Source of the DNA: a virus
DNA: 64,000 nt
IMG/VR virus record: IMGVR_UViG_3300010354_012181
Coordinates: 1 to 64,000 of that record
Reading direction: 5' to 3' (one strand)
Below are positions 1-9,821 of this stretch, in pieces. Within the stretch, counting starts at the first letter, position 1; each line of letters begins with the position of its first letter. The notes below the pieces were generated by a model. It did not search any database. It saw only the letters and a program-made list of their open reading frames with translations, and was not told the DNA's origin. Both the position numbers and the translations under genes were made by a program.

Positions 1-3
1 AAT

Positions 4-1671
4 ATGTGGGGAGGCGGTGAAGACCTTAATGGAGGAACGCTCAGCGGCACATCAGGAGGTTACAGTGGAACACTGACCAGCGATAACGCCACACAGGCCG
101 CAGCCGGGACGATTACTCCATCCAGTGGCGGTACAACTACTCCGCCAACAGTGGTCAGTACCACAGTGACCTACACCACGAGAACATCGACCACAGGCAA
201 TACTACCTATGTTTACCGTACTCCTGTGACTACTACTGCTTACAGCGATAACACCACTACCGTAACCAATGGTACAGAAGCACTGTATCAGACCAAGGTA
301 TTGAGTAATGTGGTCACTAACAAGATAGAAAACGGTGTGTTAACCACATATACCAAACCTGTTTACAAGGTCACTCCAGCCGACGGCAGCGCCACTACTT
401 TAGAATCAGCAGGCGCACAGACTACTTCAACCCAGAATGTTCAGCCTGGCCTACAGTTTGAAGTTTGGCGCTATGACTATCACAATTACAGTTGCGGATG
501 GCTAGGATGCGTACAGATACCTTTCAGTTATCGTACACCTTCGACCAACAGATCCGACTACGGCAATCCCGTGAACTCTGGAATCACCACCGGAGGACAG
601 TATCTACAGACCAATGCTAGATTGCCCAACAACGACGGTGGTTGGATAAGCTACAACGACGGCACAGTGATCAGATACAGAGGAACCATCACAGTTCCTA
701 CCACCGATACCAGACCTGCTGGTACTGTGTACAGACTGTATTTTTACAACAACACCGACGATGGCTTCAAGATGATAGTCAATGGAACCACGGTGATCAA
801 TCAAAACTCTACCAACACCTGGCAATCACTGACGGGTTATACCAACAGTGGTTGGATCGATCTAGTAGCAGGCCAGACCTATAGCCTAGAATCCTGGTAT
901 TGGAACGTGGTGGGAGGAGTGGGGCACCGACTCTATTGGGATTACGGCAACGGCATACAGCAGATCCCTAACAGTGCTTTTACCACCGGCACACTCGGCA
1001 CTATAGATGTAGATGTTACAGGACTGAGTTACAGCGACTCAAACATAGTCAATGTCAGTGGCAGCAGCATACAAGGATTAGATCTTTGCTGCGGTGGTAG
1101 TTCTGCGGCCTTTAGCGCGAATACTCAGTTTGAAAATAGAGTTATAAATTTCCAAGCAAGACCATTCAGCGACACCGTTGTCAGCATCACACAGATCGGC
1201 AATAACAATTCTGCCACTGTGACACAAAGCGGAACACCTAATAACTACAGTGAAATCCACGTCACTGGTAGTAACAATATCACCAACACCACTCAAACCA
1301 GCACAGATCCGTCTGCCACTAATTATATTGAACTCACAGTAGTAGGCAGCACCAACACAATCAATCTCACGCAACAAAGTGAAGGGGGTCTAAAAGGAAT
1401 ATTGGCCACGGTAAATGACAGTAATAATTCTCTAACTGTGAACCAATCTGGTTCTGGAAGTCACTACGCAGAAATAACTCTTTCTGGAGGTAATAAAACA
1501 GTAAATCTCACACAGAGCGGATCTGCCATGCATATGTCTAACATCACGCTCAGTGGCGGGGCTACATCTTTGACAGCAACACAGAGCGGGTCAACACAAC
1601 AATTTTATTCTATCACACACAACTGCGCACAGATCAGTTGTGCGGCTATCACAGTCACACAGGGTCAATAA
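4..1671 (+). CDS. PA14-domain protein with C-terminal curlin-like repeats (probably 5'-truncated by the window edge)
   Basis: PA14-like segment (IRYRGTITVP...NTDDGFKMIVNG...WIDLVAGQTYSLESWYW) followed by repeated TQxGxxNxxxIxxxGxxN curlin-type repeats. Confidence 0.7.
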   Translation: MWGGGEDLNGGTLSGTSGGYSGTLTSDNATQAAAGTITPSSGGTTTPPTVVSTTVTYTTRTSTTGNTTYVYRTPVTTTAYSDNTTTVTNGTEALYQTKVLSNVVTNKIENGVLTTYTKPVYKVTPADGSATTLESAGAQTTSTQNVQPGLQFEVWRYDYHNYSCGWLGCVQIPFSYRTPSTNRSDYGNPVNSGITTGGQYLQTNARLPNNDGGWISYNDGTVIRYRGTITVPTTDTRPAGTVYRLYFYNNTDDGFKMIVNGTTVINQNSTNTWQSLTGYTNSGWIDLVAGQTYSLESWYWNVVGGVGHRLYWDYGNGIQQIPNSAFTTGTLGTIDVDVTGLSYSDSNIVNVSGSSIQGLDLCCGGSSAAFSANTQFENRVINFQARPFSDTVVSITQIGNNNSATVTQSGTPNNYSEIHVTGSNNITNTTQTSTDPSATNYIELTVVGSTNTINLTQQSEGGLKGILATVNDSNNSLTVNQSGSGSHYAEITLSGGNKTVNLTQSGSAMHMSNITLSGGATSLTATQSGSTQQFYSITHNCAQISCAAITVTQGQ

Positions 1672-1694
1672 ATACAATACAAGGAGTAGGCCAT

Positions 1695-1994
1695 ATGGCA
1701 AAATACATAGTGGCGTTCCTATTATGCTTAACCAGCACCGTAGCCAACGCCCAAGCATTTCAAACCAATAAACCTGTGATCTGTGATGACAGTAAAAAGA
1801 TCATAGAAGCCTTGGGAGAAAGATGGGGAGAACGTTTAGTGTGGCTATCAAACGATGCCCAAGATCTTAGTAAATTCGGACTGTTCGTGAATCAAAAAAC
1901 CAACACCTGGACTATACTACAATTTACAGCAGAAGTCGCTTGTATAGTAGGCGTAGGCAAGGATTCTCAGTTCATTTTAGGGACCAGTATCTAG
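1695..1994 (+). CDS. Small secreted hypothetical protein
   Basis: AAGGAG RBS before ATG 1695; signal peptide ending ANA; two Cys. Confidence 0.7.
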   Translation: MAKYIVAFLLCLTSTVANAQAFQTNKPVICDDSKKIIEALGERWGERLVWLSNDAQDLSKFGLFVNQKTNTWTILQFTAEVACIVGVGKDSQFILGTSI

Positions 1995-2005
1995 TTAAAT
2001 ACTAG

Positions 2006-4060
2006 ATGCTTAATAAAACTCTAAAACGTATACTAGTCAGTCCGTGGACTGCTCTAATCACATTGGCACTTATTACAAGTATAAGAATAGCCGATCCTGT
2101 CTTCATAGAAAGTGTAAGGTTAAGATATTTTGACACACTGATCACGAACCGAGCACCTACAGAAAATAATATCGTCACTGTAAACATAGACGAAAGTGCT
2201 CTAGACAAATATGGCCAATGGCCGTTTAACAGAGAAATCTACGCAAAGTTGATAGAAGATCTATACCAAAGAGGTGCTGGTCTAGTTGTATTCAATGTAT
2301 TAATGCCTGAACCAGATCGCCAGGGTGGAGATGGCGCACTGGCAGCGACACTAAATGAGTTTGCTGTGGTATTGCCTAATATGCCCGCAGACCGTATGAA
2401 GAATACTCCTAGACAGCCCGGTACTGCTGTGATGGGGCCTGACTTCCAGAATATGATCGTACAATATCCTGGCATCATCGCTAATATTCCAGACCTAGAA
2501 AAACGTGCCAAGGGAGTTGGCATAGTCAGCACTTTAGAAGAAGTCGACGGTGTGGTCCGTAGAATACCTTTGCTGATATCAGTAGATGGCAAAGTATATC
2601 CAAGCCTAGCCATGGAAGCATTGAGGGTAGCAGCAGGAGATAGCACTACACAGATAAAACTATTTGAGGGCGGTGTTGAGAAGATGCGCATACCCAAGTT
2701 TGGACCTATCACCACAGATCAATTAGGCCGTGTATGGATCGATTGGAGCCAGAAAAATAAATCTGTATCTATGACAGATCTGCCCAAAGACTTTGGTGGT
2801 GCTGTGGTCATAGTGGGAGTAGCAGCCGCAGGCCTAGGAAATCCCGTACCTACTGCTATGGGATCAGTATGGCCACAGGATGTGCAGGCAGCAGTGTTAG
2901 GTACGATGTTTAACAATGTGGTCATAGAGAGACCTGACTGGGCAGATGGTGCTGAAATTATATCTTTAATAGCGGCCGGCATCATATTATTATTTTTAAC
3001 GAGGTGGACCTATGTTGGAATTATCAGCGGTATTGTTATTATTGGCAGCATCATTCCTGTTTCTCAATACTTGTATTCATCTAATCTTTGGCTCTTTGAC
3101 GGCACTGCGTTGGTTGCTGGGCTTGTTATTGTCATGCTTCACGCTTATGGCATTAAGTTCATAAGCGAGTTCTTACAGAAGCAGGCCATAAAGAAACAGT
3201 TTGCTGGCTATTGTTCTAAAGAAGTTGTAGAGATGTTACAGAAAGATCCAGAACTTATCAAGCGTGGTGTGCGTAAAGATGTATCAGTTATGTTCAGTGA
3301 TCTGCGTGGCTTTACTCCTATCGGTGAACACTACGGCGATGACGTAGCAGGACTAGCCAAGTATATGAATGGTTATATGGATGCTATCTCTAAGCCAATC
3401 TTAGACAACAAAGGTATGGTTATCAAGTATGTAGGTGATGCTAGTATGCACATACACGGTGCTCCAATCGATGACCCGGATCATGCAAAGACCATGATCC
3501 GTGTTGGCCTTGAAATGTTAGATGCTGTAGACGCATATACCAAAGAAATGGAAGCACAGGGATTGCCGCCCGCGGCCATGGGTTGGGGTGTTAACAGTGG
3601 TATTGGATTCATCGGTGAGATGGGTTCAACTGACAGACACAGCTACGATATCCTGGGCGATATGGTTTCCACTGCGGCTCGTCTAGAAGCCCGTTGTAAG
3701 GCCTATGGTGTTCTTAACATCGTAGGAGCAGAAACATATAATAGAACAAAAGATGATTTCTTCTACCTAATGCTAGACAATCTACAGCCTAAAGGAAAGT
3801 CAGTCGCTGATTTGATCTATACCGCATTGCGTCCAAAAGGATCAGATTGGACTAAAGATAAAGCACAACATGAAAAAATGCATGCCTTATACAAAGCCAA
3901 AAAGTTCGATGAAGCAGCGGCAATGTGTAAAACTATGAAAGGACTTTTTGGAGGACAGATGGACAAGTACTATAAGATTTGGATAGAACGTTGTGATTTT
4001 ATGAAACAGCAGGACCTTCCAGATAATTGGAATGGCGAATTCATAGCCCACGAAAAATAA
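2006..4060 (+). CDS. CHASE2-domain membrane class III adenylate/guanylate cyclase
   Basis: N-terminal TM, CHASE2 (IDESALDKYGQWPFNR; DGVVRRIPL), 3 TM helices, cyclase motifs FSDLRGFT, KYVGDA, GDMVSTAARLE. Confidence 0.92.
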   Translation: MLNKTLKRILVSPWTALITLALITSIRIADPVFIESVRLRYFDTLITNRAPTENNIVTVNIDESALDKYGQWPFNREIYAKLIEDLYQRGAGLVVFNVLMPEPDRQGGDGALAATLNEFAVVLPNMPADRMKNTPRQPGTAVMGPDFQNMIVQYPGIIANIPDLEKRAKGVGIVSTLEEVDGVVRRIPLLISVDGKVYPSLAMEALRVAAGDSTTQIKLFEGGVEKMRIPKFGPITTDQLGRVWIDWSQKNKSVSMTDLPKDFGGAVVIVGVAAAGLGNPVPTAMGSVWPQDVQAAVLGTMFNNVVIERPDWADGAEIISLIAAGIILLFLTRWTYVGIISGIVIIGSIIPVSQYLYSSNLWLFDGTALVAGLVIVMLHAYGIKFISEFLQKQAIKKQFAGYCSKEVVEMLQKDPELIKRGVRKDVSVMFSDLRGFTPIGEHYGDDVAGLAKYMNGYMDAISKPILDNKGMVIKYVGDASMHIHGAPIDDPDHAKTMIRVGLEMLDAVDAYTKEMEAQGLPPAAMGWGVNSGIGFIGEMGSTDRHSYDILGDMVSTAARLEARCKAYGVLNIVGAETYNRTKDDFFYLMLDNLQPKGKSVADLIYTALRPKGSDWTKDKAQHEKMHALYKAKKFDEAAAMCKTMKGLFGGQMDKYYKIWIERCDFMKQQDLPDNWNGEFIAHEK

Positions 4061-4221
4061 TGTATACTCCTATAGATTGGTGGATTGACTATTCAGTGTG
4101 GATGATGCTACAATACAAATTTATGAGTCCTGCTAAATTTATCAGCATCAACGACGAAATGGAAAATTTCCTTAAGCAGTTTAGTCTTAATGGAATAAAA
4201 TCTTTTAAAATCTGCAGATGA
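4060..4221 (+). CDS. Small hypothetical protein
   Basis: ATG overlaps cyclase stop (TAATG); stop overlaps next ATG (ATGA). Confidence 0.5.
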   Translation: MYTPIDWWIDYSVWMMLQYKFMSPAKFISINDEMENFLKQFSLNGIKSFKICR

Positions 4222-4937
4222 TCAACAAGTTATTTTTTATCATCGTTCTAACGATGCTGAGCCCATTTGTATCCGCAAATACTATTACCGCTCAATCATG
4301 GTTAGTTGCCGATGCAGAAGGCAAAATTATCGCGGCAGAGAATGTAAAAGAAATCCGCAGTATAGCAAGTATCACCAAGATTGTTTCAGCAATGGTGGTG
4401 CTAGATGCCCAGCAAGAATTAGATCAATTTTTAAAACCCTACACTCGTAGAGAACTGATACAATTGTCTATGGTAAGATCAGACAATACTGCCGCAGATA
4501 ATCTGTGCAGACATTATCCGGGAGGTTATGCTAACTGTGTTTATGCTATGAATGTTAAGGCGCAGGCTTTAGGATTGACCAACACTAAATTCGTAGACGC
4601 CACTGGATTAGGAGCAGGTAATGTCAGCACTGCTGAGGAACTGATTAAAATTGTACAGGCTGCGGCACATTATCCGGAACTAGTAACTGCCAGTAAAATG
4701 TCTGAGGTAAAAATACAACTAAAGAAACGATGGTTGATATTTAAAAACACAAATCCTATTATAGGTAGACGTCATGAATTCGTTATCAGTAAAACAGGCT
4801 GGATACGTGCTTCCGGTGGATGTATTGTTATGATGCTAGATACAGATATCGGACGGAGAATCGTAGTCGTTTTAGGTTCAAAGAATACTCATACACGAAT
4901 TCCAGAAGCAGAATTCATAGCACAAATTAAAAATTAA
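4218..4937 (+). CDS. Peptidase S11 D-alanyl-D-alanine endo/carboxypeptidase (PbpG-like)
   Basis: Signal peptide; SxxK (SITK), SxN (SDN) and KTG motifs. Confidence 0.9.
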   Translation: MINKLFFIIVLTMLSPFVSANTITAQSWLVADAEGKIIAAENVKEIRSIASITKIVSAMVVLDAQQELDQFLKPYTRRELIQLSMVRSDNTAADNLCRHYPGGYANCVYAMNVKAQALGLTNTKFVDATGLGAGNVSTAEELIKIVQAAAHYPELVTASKMSEVKIQLKKRWLIFKNTNPIIGRRHEFVISKTGWIRASGGCIVMMLDTDIGRRIVVVLGSKNTHTRIPEAEFIAQIKN

Positions 4938-5335
4938 CCTTCTCCCGAAGCGGCTGTTTTTTTATCTTCTTTTTGTTGGTCGTCTATATCGTCTTTACGG
5001 GCAAAAGGTTTAATATCTTTATCGTCCATACGGGCCGCTTTGTCAAACTTTTCATTGGCTTCCCTCTCTACTTTTACCTGTTCCATGACCCGATCGCTTT
5101 CAATGATCTTTCCACGAAGATGTAAAACAGTATTAACTTTCTGATTTAAGCGGATAAGATCGTTGTCTAACATACGAATACGATCAATAAGCGCAACAAG
5201 AGTGGTGTTGGCTTCTCCTATCACTGGTTTGACTTCTTTGGTACACCACTCCCAGACATATTTGATGATCCATCCCATTCCCACAGCCATGACTATAGGA
5301 AAACCATATTTGTTAATGAGTTCTACTACATCCAT
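4934..5335 (-). CDS. Single-TM coiled-coil protein (holin-like)
   Basis: N-terminal GFPIVMAVGMGW TM followed by coiled coil; paralogous to 6032-6313. Confidence 0.65.
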   Translation of the reverse strand: MDVVELINKYGFPIVMAVGMGWIIKYVWEWCTKEVKPVIGEANTTLVALIDRIRMLDNDLIRLNQKVNTVLHLRGKIIESDRVMEQVKVEREANEKFDKAARMDDKDIKPFARKDDIDDQQKEDKKTAASGEG

Positions 5336-5345
5336 TGTCGTCTCC

Positions 5346-5513
5346 TTATCGTTTTCGTTGCTCTAATGTTTCTATTCTTTCATGCAATTCTTTGGTTAAC
5401 TGCATCCATTTTTTGCCATGTTCTCTGGCCTCATGCAGTTCTATCCAAGCAAAAAGAGCTACCGCCATGGATAATATAGAAATAAAATACGCTGCTAATT
5501 CTGGTTCTATCAT
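5346..5513 (-). CDS. Small membrane protein, 55 aa (not in ORF track)
   Basis: Hand translation MIEPELAAYFISILSMAVALFAWIELHEAREHGKKWMQLTKELHERIETLEQRKR; abuts neighbouring genes. Confidence 0.65.
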   Translation of the reverse strand: MIEPELAAYFISILSMAVALFAWIELHEAREHGKKWMQLTKELHERIETLEQRKR

Positions 5514-5648
5514 TTAATTTTTCCACATTCCCCAAGGATCCCAGATTTTCTTTTCTGGTTTCTTTGGTTCGTAATAATACCAAATTGCTACAGATACTAA
5601 AACTAGAATTTCTAACAAATAAAAAACTAAAAATGATTCAAATAACAT
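5514..5648 (-). CDS. Small membrane protein, 44 aa (not in ORF track)
   Basis: Hand translation MLFESFLVFYLLEILVLVSVAIWYYYEPKKPEKKIWDPWGMWKN; TAATG coupling to upstream gene. Confidence 0.6.
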   Translation of the reverse strand: MLFESFLVFYLLEILVLVSVAIWYYYEPKKPEKKIWDPWGMWKN

Positions 5649-5848
5649 TAACCTATTAAAGGTCTAAATGTCGTTATCAACGGTTTCCATGCTGCTTGGT
5701 AACCTAGAATGAAACCAACGACAAATCCAACGACCGCTCCTATCGCTAATGATTTGTACAAATCTTTTTCTTTGTATAAAGGTTGATTTTTTAGGTATGT
5801 CTTTGTTTGCTCAGGCAGACTGTCATACCACTCACTTAACTTGCTCAT
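5648..5848 (-). CDS. Small membrane protein
   Basis: GGAG RBS before ATG 5848; C-terminal Gly-rich TM. Confidence 0.7.
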   Translation of the reverse strand: MSKLSEWYDSLPEQTKTYLKNQPLYKEKDLYKSLAIGAVVGFVVGFILGYQAAWKPLITTFRPLIG

Positions 5849-6032
5849 TTTCTGTCGCTCCTTTGATAATAAATTTTTCAATATCACTGACCTTTACTAG
5901 CATCTGTCGTCCATTAACATTTATAAATTTGAAATAATCACCGCCTTTCCAGCCTAATTTATCTGTGTTTAATTCGTTATCTAGAATTATTCTATCAGGA
6001 TAAAGATCCCAGTCATAGTCAAAATGTTTCAT
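5832..6032 (-). CDS. Small hypothetical protein
   Basis: ORF coupled to upstream gene (TAATG). Confidence 0.65.
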   Translation of the reverse strand: MKHFDYDWDLYPDRIILDNELNTDKLGWKGGDYFKFINVNGRQMLVKVSDIEKFIIKGATENEQVK

Positions 6033-6313
6033 TAATCTCTTCTCGCATCATTTTTTCCATCAGCACGGGCTATTCTGTCTACATCTGGCTTGAGTCCTAG
6101 AGCATTTGAAACTATAGTGTCAATCCTAACTACATCATGATTCATAGTTTTAACTCGATTATCCAAAGCTATGATAATACCTTTCATGCCATTAATACTT
6201 CCCAAGACTCCTTGCAAAAGCAGTCTAATAGTTAAGTATACAAAATATCCGCCAGCCAGTGCGACCGCGATTGGAAAGCCCAAATCGCCGATCAATTTGA
6301 AGATTTCATTCAT
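6032..6313 (-). CDS. Single-TM coiled-coil protein (holin-like)
   Basis: Start re-assigned to ATG 6313 (GGAG RBS); GFPIAVALAGGYFVY TM, then IALDNRVKTMNHD similar to VALIDRIRMLDND of 4934-5335. Confidence 0.7.
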   Translation of the reverse strand: MNEIFKLIGDLGFPIAVALAGGYFVYLTIRLLLQGVLGSINGMKGIIIALDNRVKTMNHDVVRIDTIVSNALGLKPDVDRIARADGKNDARRD

Positions 6314-6352
6314 GATTTCGCTCCAAGATTTACATTTGTATTTAAGTTCTTC

Positions 6353-6381
6353 TTGACAAAATACGAACTTGGTGTTATAAT
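6353..6381 (+). promoter_or_regulatory. sigma70-type promoter
   Basis: TTGACA-17 nt-TATAAT with TGn extension. Confidence 0.85.
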
Positions 6382-6407
6382 ATGCGTATATTTCAGAAAG
6401 TTTTATT

Positions 6408-7202
6408 ATGAAAATCCAAATTGTATCCGATCTACATCTAGAGTTTGAAGACATTGTCATTAAAAATGAAAATGATGCCGATCTGTTGATACTCAGCGGA
6501 GATATCATGGTCGCTAGTAAAGTTAATAAACCCGAAAGTGCATATGGTATCCGTTTTCGAGATTTTTTGAAGCGTTGTTCTTTCCAGTTCCCGCACGTGA
6601 TCTATGTAGCAGGCAATCACGAGTTCTACGATAGTGGAAAATTCTTTGGGGGAATTGATGAACTACGATCAGCCTGTTCGGTACACGAAAATATCTACTT
6701 CTTAGAGCGTGATACTAAAGTCATCGACGATATAGTATTTGTTGGAGGAACTCTATGGACCGATATGAATAAGTATGATCCGTTAACTCTCCATGCTGTC
6801 CGAGATAGAATGAATGACTATCGCGCTACTGTAAACGATTATGCCGGATTTCGGAAACTAAAACCTGCAGATACTTGTGAGCGCCATAAGTTAACTGTTG
6901 AGTATATAAAATTAATGGCCAAAGAATATCACGATAAAAAAATGGTAGTGGTTGGACATCATAGTCCTAGTTTTGCCAGTGTACACTCTTCTTATGCAAA
7001 TGAGTATATCATGAATGGCGCTTATCATAGCGATCTATCAGACATAATGTTAGATAATCCACAGATAAAATTATGGACACATGGTCATACACATTTTCCA
7101 TTTGATTACATGATTGGTAGTTGTCGTGTCGTGTGTAACCCGCGGGGTTATGATGGGTACGAAGACACAGGTTGGGATCCAAATAAGATTGTTGAAATAT
7201 GA
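6408..7202 (+). CDS. Calcineurin-like metallophosphoesterase
   Basis: DLH, GD, GNHE, HH and GHTH motifs. Confidence 0.9.
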   Translation: MKIQIVSDLHLEFEDIVIKNENDADLLILSGDIMVASKVNKPESAYGIRFRDFLKRCSFQFPHVIYVAGNHEFYDSGKFFGGIDELRSACSVHENIYFLERDTKVIDDIVFVGGTLWTDMNKYDPLTLHAVRDRMNDYRATVNDYAGFRKLKPADTCERHKLTVEYIKLMAKEYHDKKMVVVGHHSPSFASVHSSYANEYIMNGAYHSDLSDIMLDNPQIKLWTHGHTHFPFDYMIGSCRVVCNPRGYDGYEDTGWDPNKIVEI

Positions 7203-7678
7203 AAAAAATTTACTTCGAAAAGAAAGGACGCAGGTATGTACCTGTGTGCGAGTATGATAACGAATTGTTAGATAGTTTTCCAAAAGGTACGCATCTTGTC
7301 ATGTGTTACCCGGGCGGTAGCAGCCGTAGATTCAATATTGATCCTGCTTATGCTTCTATGATCGCTGCAGGGCGTGTTGCCGAAGAGGCTATCAGCAAAC
7401 GTATTATGGAAGCCACAGAACTTAGACGTAATTCAAAAATGCGTCAAACTCCTTTAACCGTTGAACAGAAAGCCGCTTGGGATCGTCTGGTAGAAGTATT
7501 CGGTGATGATGCCAAACAACTAGAGTGGCCTAGTGCCAGAGAAGCCGCAGAAGAAGCAGTCAAAGCAATGATGTCCGAAGCAGAGAAACTTATGAGTCAC
7601 GAAAGTGTTCGTAAAGCCTACGATCATTTTATTTTGATGTGCGAACTGGTAAAAGAAAATGGAGAGAAAATAAAATGA
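7199..7678 (+). CDS. Hypothetical phage protein
   Basis: 159 aa ORF, ATGA overlap. Confidence 0.75.
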   Translation: MKKIYFEKKGRRYVPVCEYDNELLDSFPKGTHLVMCYPGGSSRRFNIDPAYASMIAAGRVAEEAISKRIMEATELRRNSKMRQTPLTVEQKAAWDRLVEVFGDDAKQLEWPSAREAAEEAVKAMMSEAEKLMSHESVRKAYDHFILMCELVKENGEKIK

Positions 7679-7836
7679 GTTGGGCATTTGTAATGTTTAT
7701 GAACGGATATATCACAATCGTAGACTCTTTTCCAAATCAATCTACCTGTTTGGAAAAAGTCAGACAATATAATGCCGCATTCAAACAAAGCGAAACCCCG
7801 GCATTGGTTTGGTGCGAATTTCGACCAAAGGCCTGA
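7675..7836 (+). CDS. Small hypothetical protein
   Basis: ATGA overlap at 7675, GGAG RBS. Confidence 0.6.
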   Translation: MSWAFVMFMNGYITIVDSFPNQSTCLEKVRQYNAAFKQSETPALVWCEFRPKA

Positions 7837-7865
7837 TTGACAAAATTTTCAAAATATGTTATAAT
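7837..7865 (+). promoter_or_regulatory. sigma70-type promoter
   Basis: TTGACA-17-TATAAT, TGn extension. Confidence 0.85.
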
Positions 7866-7888
7866 GCATAAACTTACAAGGAATTAAA

Positions 7889-8506
7889 ATGATCACACTG
7901 AAAGAATTTATGGAAGTAGTTGAGTATCGTATCACTGAGGGCAGTGATTACACTTGGGACTGTTTTGGTCCAAAACCCTACAGTCTAAGTGCGTGGAACG
8001 GCGATCAGAGCGGTTGGAGTTTCAACATTACTTTTGATACTGAGACACAAGATGTCTACTCGGTCGAAGCCTGTGACTATAAAAATAATCGAGCGTATCG
8101 TCTTATTAATCCAGACTGGATCGACAATTACAATGATTATGCAGATCGTTTTAATCCAGAATACAAAAATCAAGCCTGGGACGATACAGACTTTGTAGAT
8201 TTAGAAACTAAGGAAGATTGGTTAGAAAAGGCACGGGCTATTATATCGGGTGAAGATTACGATACTCGTGTTAGCGTTCCTGTAGATTTTACAGACGAAG
8301 AACTACTGACTTATATGAAGATGGCACACGACCGTGATATGACTTTTAACGAATTTGTAGAGATGGCCTTGCGCGAAGTCATTGAAAAAAATCTTAGAGA
8401 TGAATTAGATGAAATTCGATTAGAGTACGACTTTGCCGATGCCGAAAGTGGAAATATATTAGATTCAATAGAAAAAATTAAAAAGAAAAAGAAAGGTAAA
8501 AAATGA
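7889..8506 (+). CDS. Hypothetical phage protein
   Basis: 205 aa ORF with AAGGA RBS downstream of promoter. Confidence 0.8.
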   Translation: MITLKEFMEVVEYRITEGSDYTWDCFGPKPYSLSAWNGDQSGWSFNITFDTETQDVYSVEACDYKNNRAYRLINPDWIDNYNDYADRFNPEYKNQAWDDTDFVDLETKEDWLEKARAIISGEDYDTRVSVPVDFTDEELLTYMKMAHDRDMTFNEFVEMALREVIEKNLRDELDEIRLEYDFADAESGNILDSIEKIKKKKKGKK

Positions 8507-8829
8507 CCGAATCACAAAAGTTTTTAGAAGATCTAAAAACTGGTGTTCGATTCATAGTGATCAATGATTGCTATGGCGGCTTTGGTTTGAGTGAAAGGGC
8601 TCAAACCGAATACAAGCGACTAGTAGGTATCACTGATCCGGATTGGTATGATAGAGATGTCTCCCGCGATGATCCTTATCTAGTTAAAGTCGTCAAAGAA
8701 CTGGGGATGGCGGCTAATGGTCCTCATTCTAATCTCAAGATCGTAGAAATTCCCGGTGATATAGAATGGCTAATCCAAGAATATGATGGTGCAGAATGGG
8801 TGGCGGAGAAACACAGAACATGGAGTTAA
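8503..8829 (+). CDS. Hypothetical phage protein
   Basis: VINDCYGGFGLS...RDDPYLV...EYDGAEWVAE; ATGA overlap. Confidence 0.8.
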   Translation: MTESQKFLEDLKTGVRFIVINDCYGGFGLSERAQTEYKRLVGITDPDWYDRDVSRDDPYLVKVVKELGMAANGPHSNLKIVEIPGDIEWLIQEYDGAEWVAEKHRTWS

Positions 8830-9035
8830 TTCGAAGAATCAGTTTCGGTAAAGATAGATTTCACGAACAAGATGATATGATCGAATGGTGCAAACAGCAC
8901 TGTGGAGAGGGTGGTTATCATGCCTTTACTAAAAGCGACGATGCTCGTTGGAGTGTAGATCGTATGTTTGGCAATGCTCATTTTTTCTTTAAAGAAGAAA
9001 AAGATATCGTGCTGTTTTCTATGAGGTGGATGTGA
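8820..9035 (+). CDS. Small protein, FxF..D..F.(L/M)RW family
   Basis: C-terminus FFFKEEKDIVLFSMRWM. Confidence 0.7.
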   Translation: MELIRRISFGKDRFHEQDDMIEWCKQHCGEGGYHAFTKSDDARWSVDRMFGNAHFFFKEEKDIVLFSMRWM

Positions 9036-9292
9036 ATCTGGAAAAAGAAATCTATAATGAACTAGCCACAGGGATGCAGAGTGAGATGGATTTCCATATC
9101 CTATCCGATATGCTGGTTCAAAGTTGCGGTTGGACTAGAGTAAATATCCTTGAACAACAAGATAATTATCACGCTATTGATATTAGAGATTGGTGTAGAG
9201 AAAACACGAAGAACCCTTATGAATACAGAGGCACTAGTTTTGTCTTTCAAGATCAAGGAGATGCTATAAATTTTTCACTGAGATGGTTGTGA
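9026..9292 (+). CDS. Small protein, FxF..D..F.(L/M)RW family
   Basis: C-terminus FVFQDQGDAINFSLRWL. Confidence 0.7.
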   Translation: MDVNLEKEIYNELATGMQSEMDFHILSDMLVQSCGWTRVNILEQQDNYHAIDIRDWCRENTKNPYEYRGTSFVFQDQGDAINFSLRWL

Positions 9293-9570
9293 ATAATTAC
9301 AATATAGTAGGAGACAGAATAGAAGAATGTAGAGAAGTTATAGTGCATTCTTTTTCTATGGGAGATGTTGAGGATCCAGATCTCTATGCTGCCCAACCGT
9401 TATGCGAATGGGAACACAGTGAACTGGGACAGTGGGTGATGCAAAATGCAGTTGAGACTCCTACTTGGCACAGAATGGTGGATCAAACATCCTTCGGATA
9501 TAAGTATCAGATTCGAGCCAAACTAATGGGCCCTGCACTGACAGAATGGTTTTTAAGATACGGTAAATGA
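9283..9570 (+). CDS. Small hypothetical protein (divergent member of the same family)
   Basis: GDVEDPDLYAAQPL...WFLRYGK. Confidence 0.7.
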   Translation: MVVNNYNIVGDRIEECREVIVHSFSMGDVEDPDLYAAQPLCEWEHSELGQWVMQNAVETPTWHRMVDQTSFGYKYQIRAKLMGPALTEWFLRYGK

Positions 9571-9821
9571 TTATTCCTCCTTATACCTTAGTAAAATCTC
9601 AAAAATCAGAAGAACATCTTAAAGTAGATGATCGTTTGATGTTGCTACTTTCTACCTATCACGTTATAGTTTTGTCTGATGATGATTTTGCAGAAAAACT
9701 TACTTGGTGTTTGGAACATTGTCAAAATAAATTTAGAGATTTAAGTGATGCCAACGGTCGCGCTTGGTATTTTCAAAATGAACAAGATGCTATGATGTTT
9801 TCAATGCGATGGGCAGCATAG
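9567..9821 (+). CDS. Small protein, FxF..D..F.(L/M)RW family
   Basis: C-terminus WYFQNEQDAMMFSMRWAA. Confidence 0.7.
   Translation: MIIPPYTLVKSQKSEEHLKVDDRLMLLLSTYHVIVLSDDDFAEKLTWCLEHCQNKFRDLSDANGRAWYFQNEQDAMMFSMRWAA

Noticed and set aside
6314-6508. N-terminal extension of the 6032-6508 minus ORF
   Set aside because: It overlaps a promoter and the divergent phosphoesterase; the RBS supports ATG 6313.
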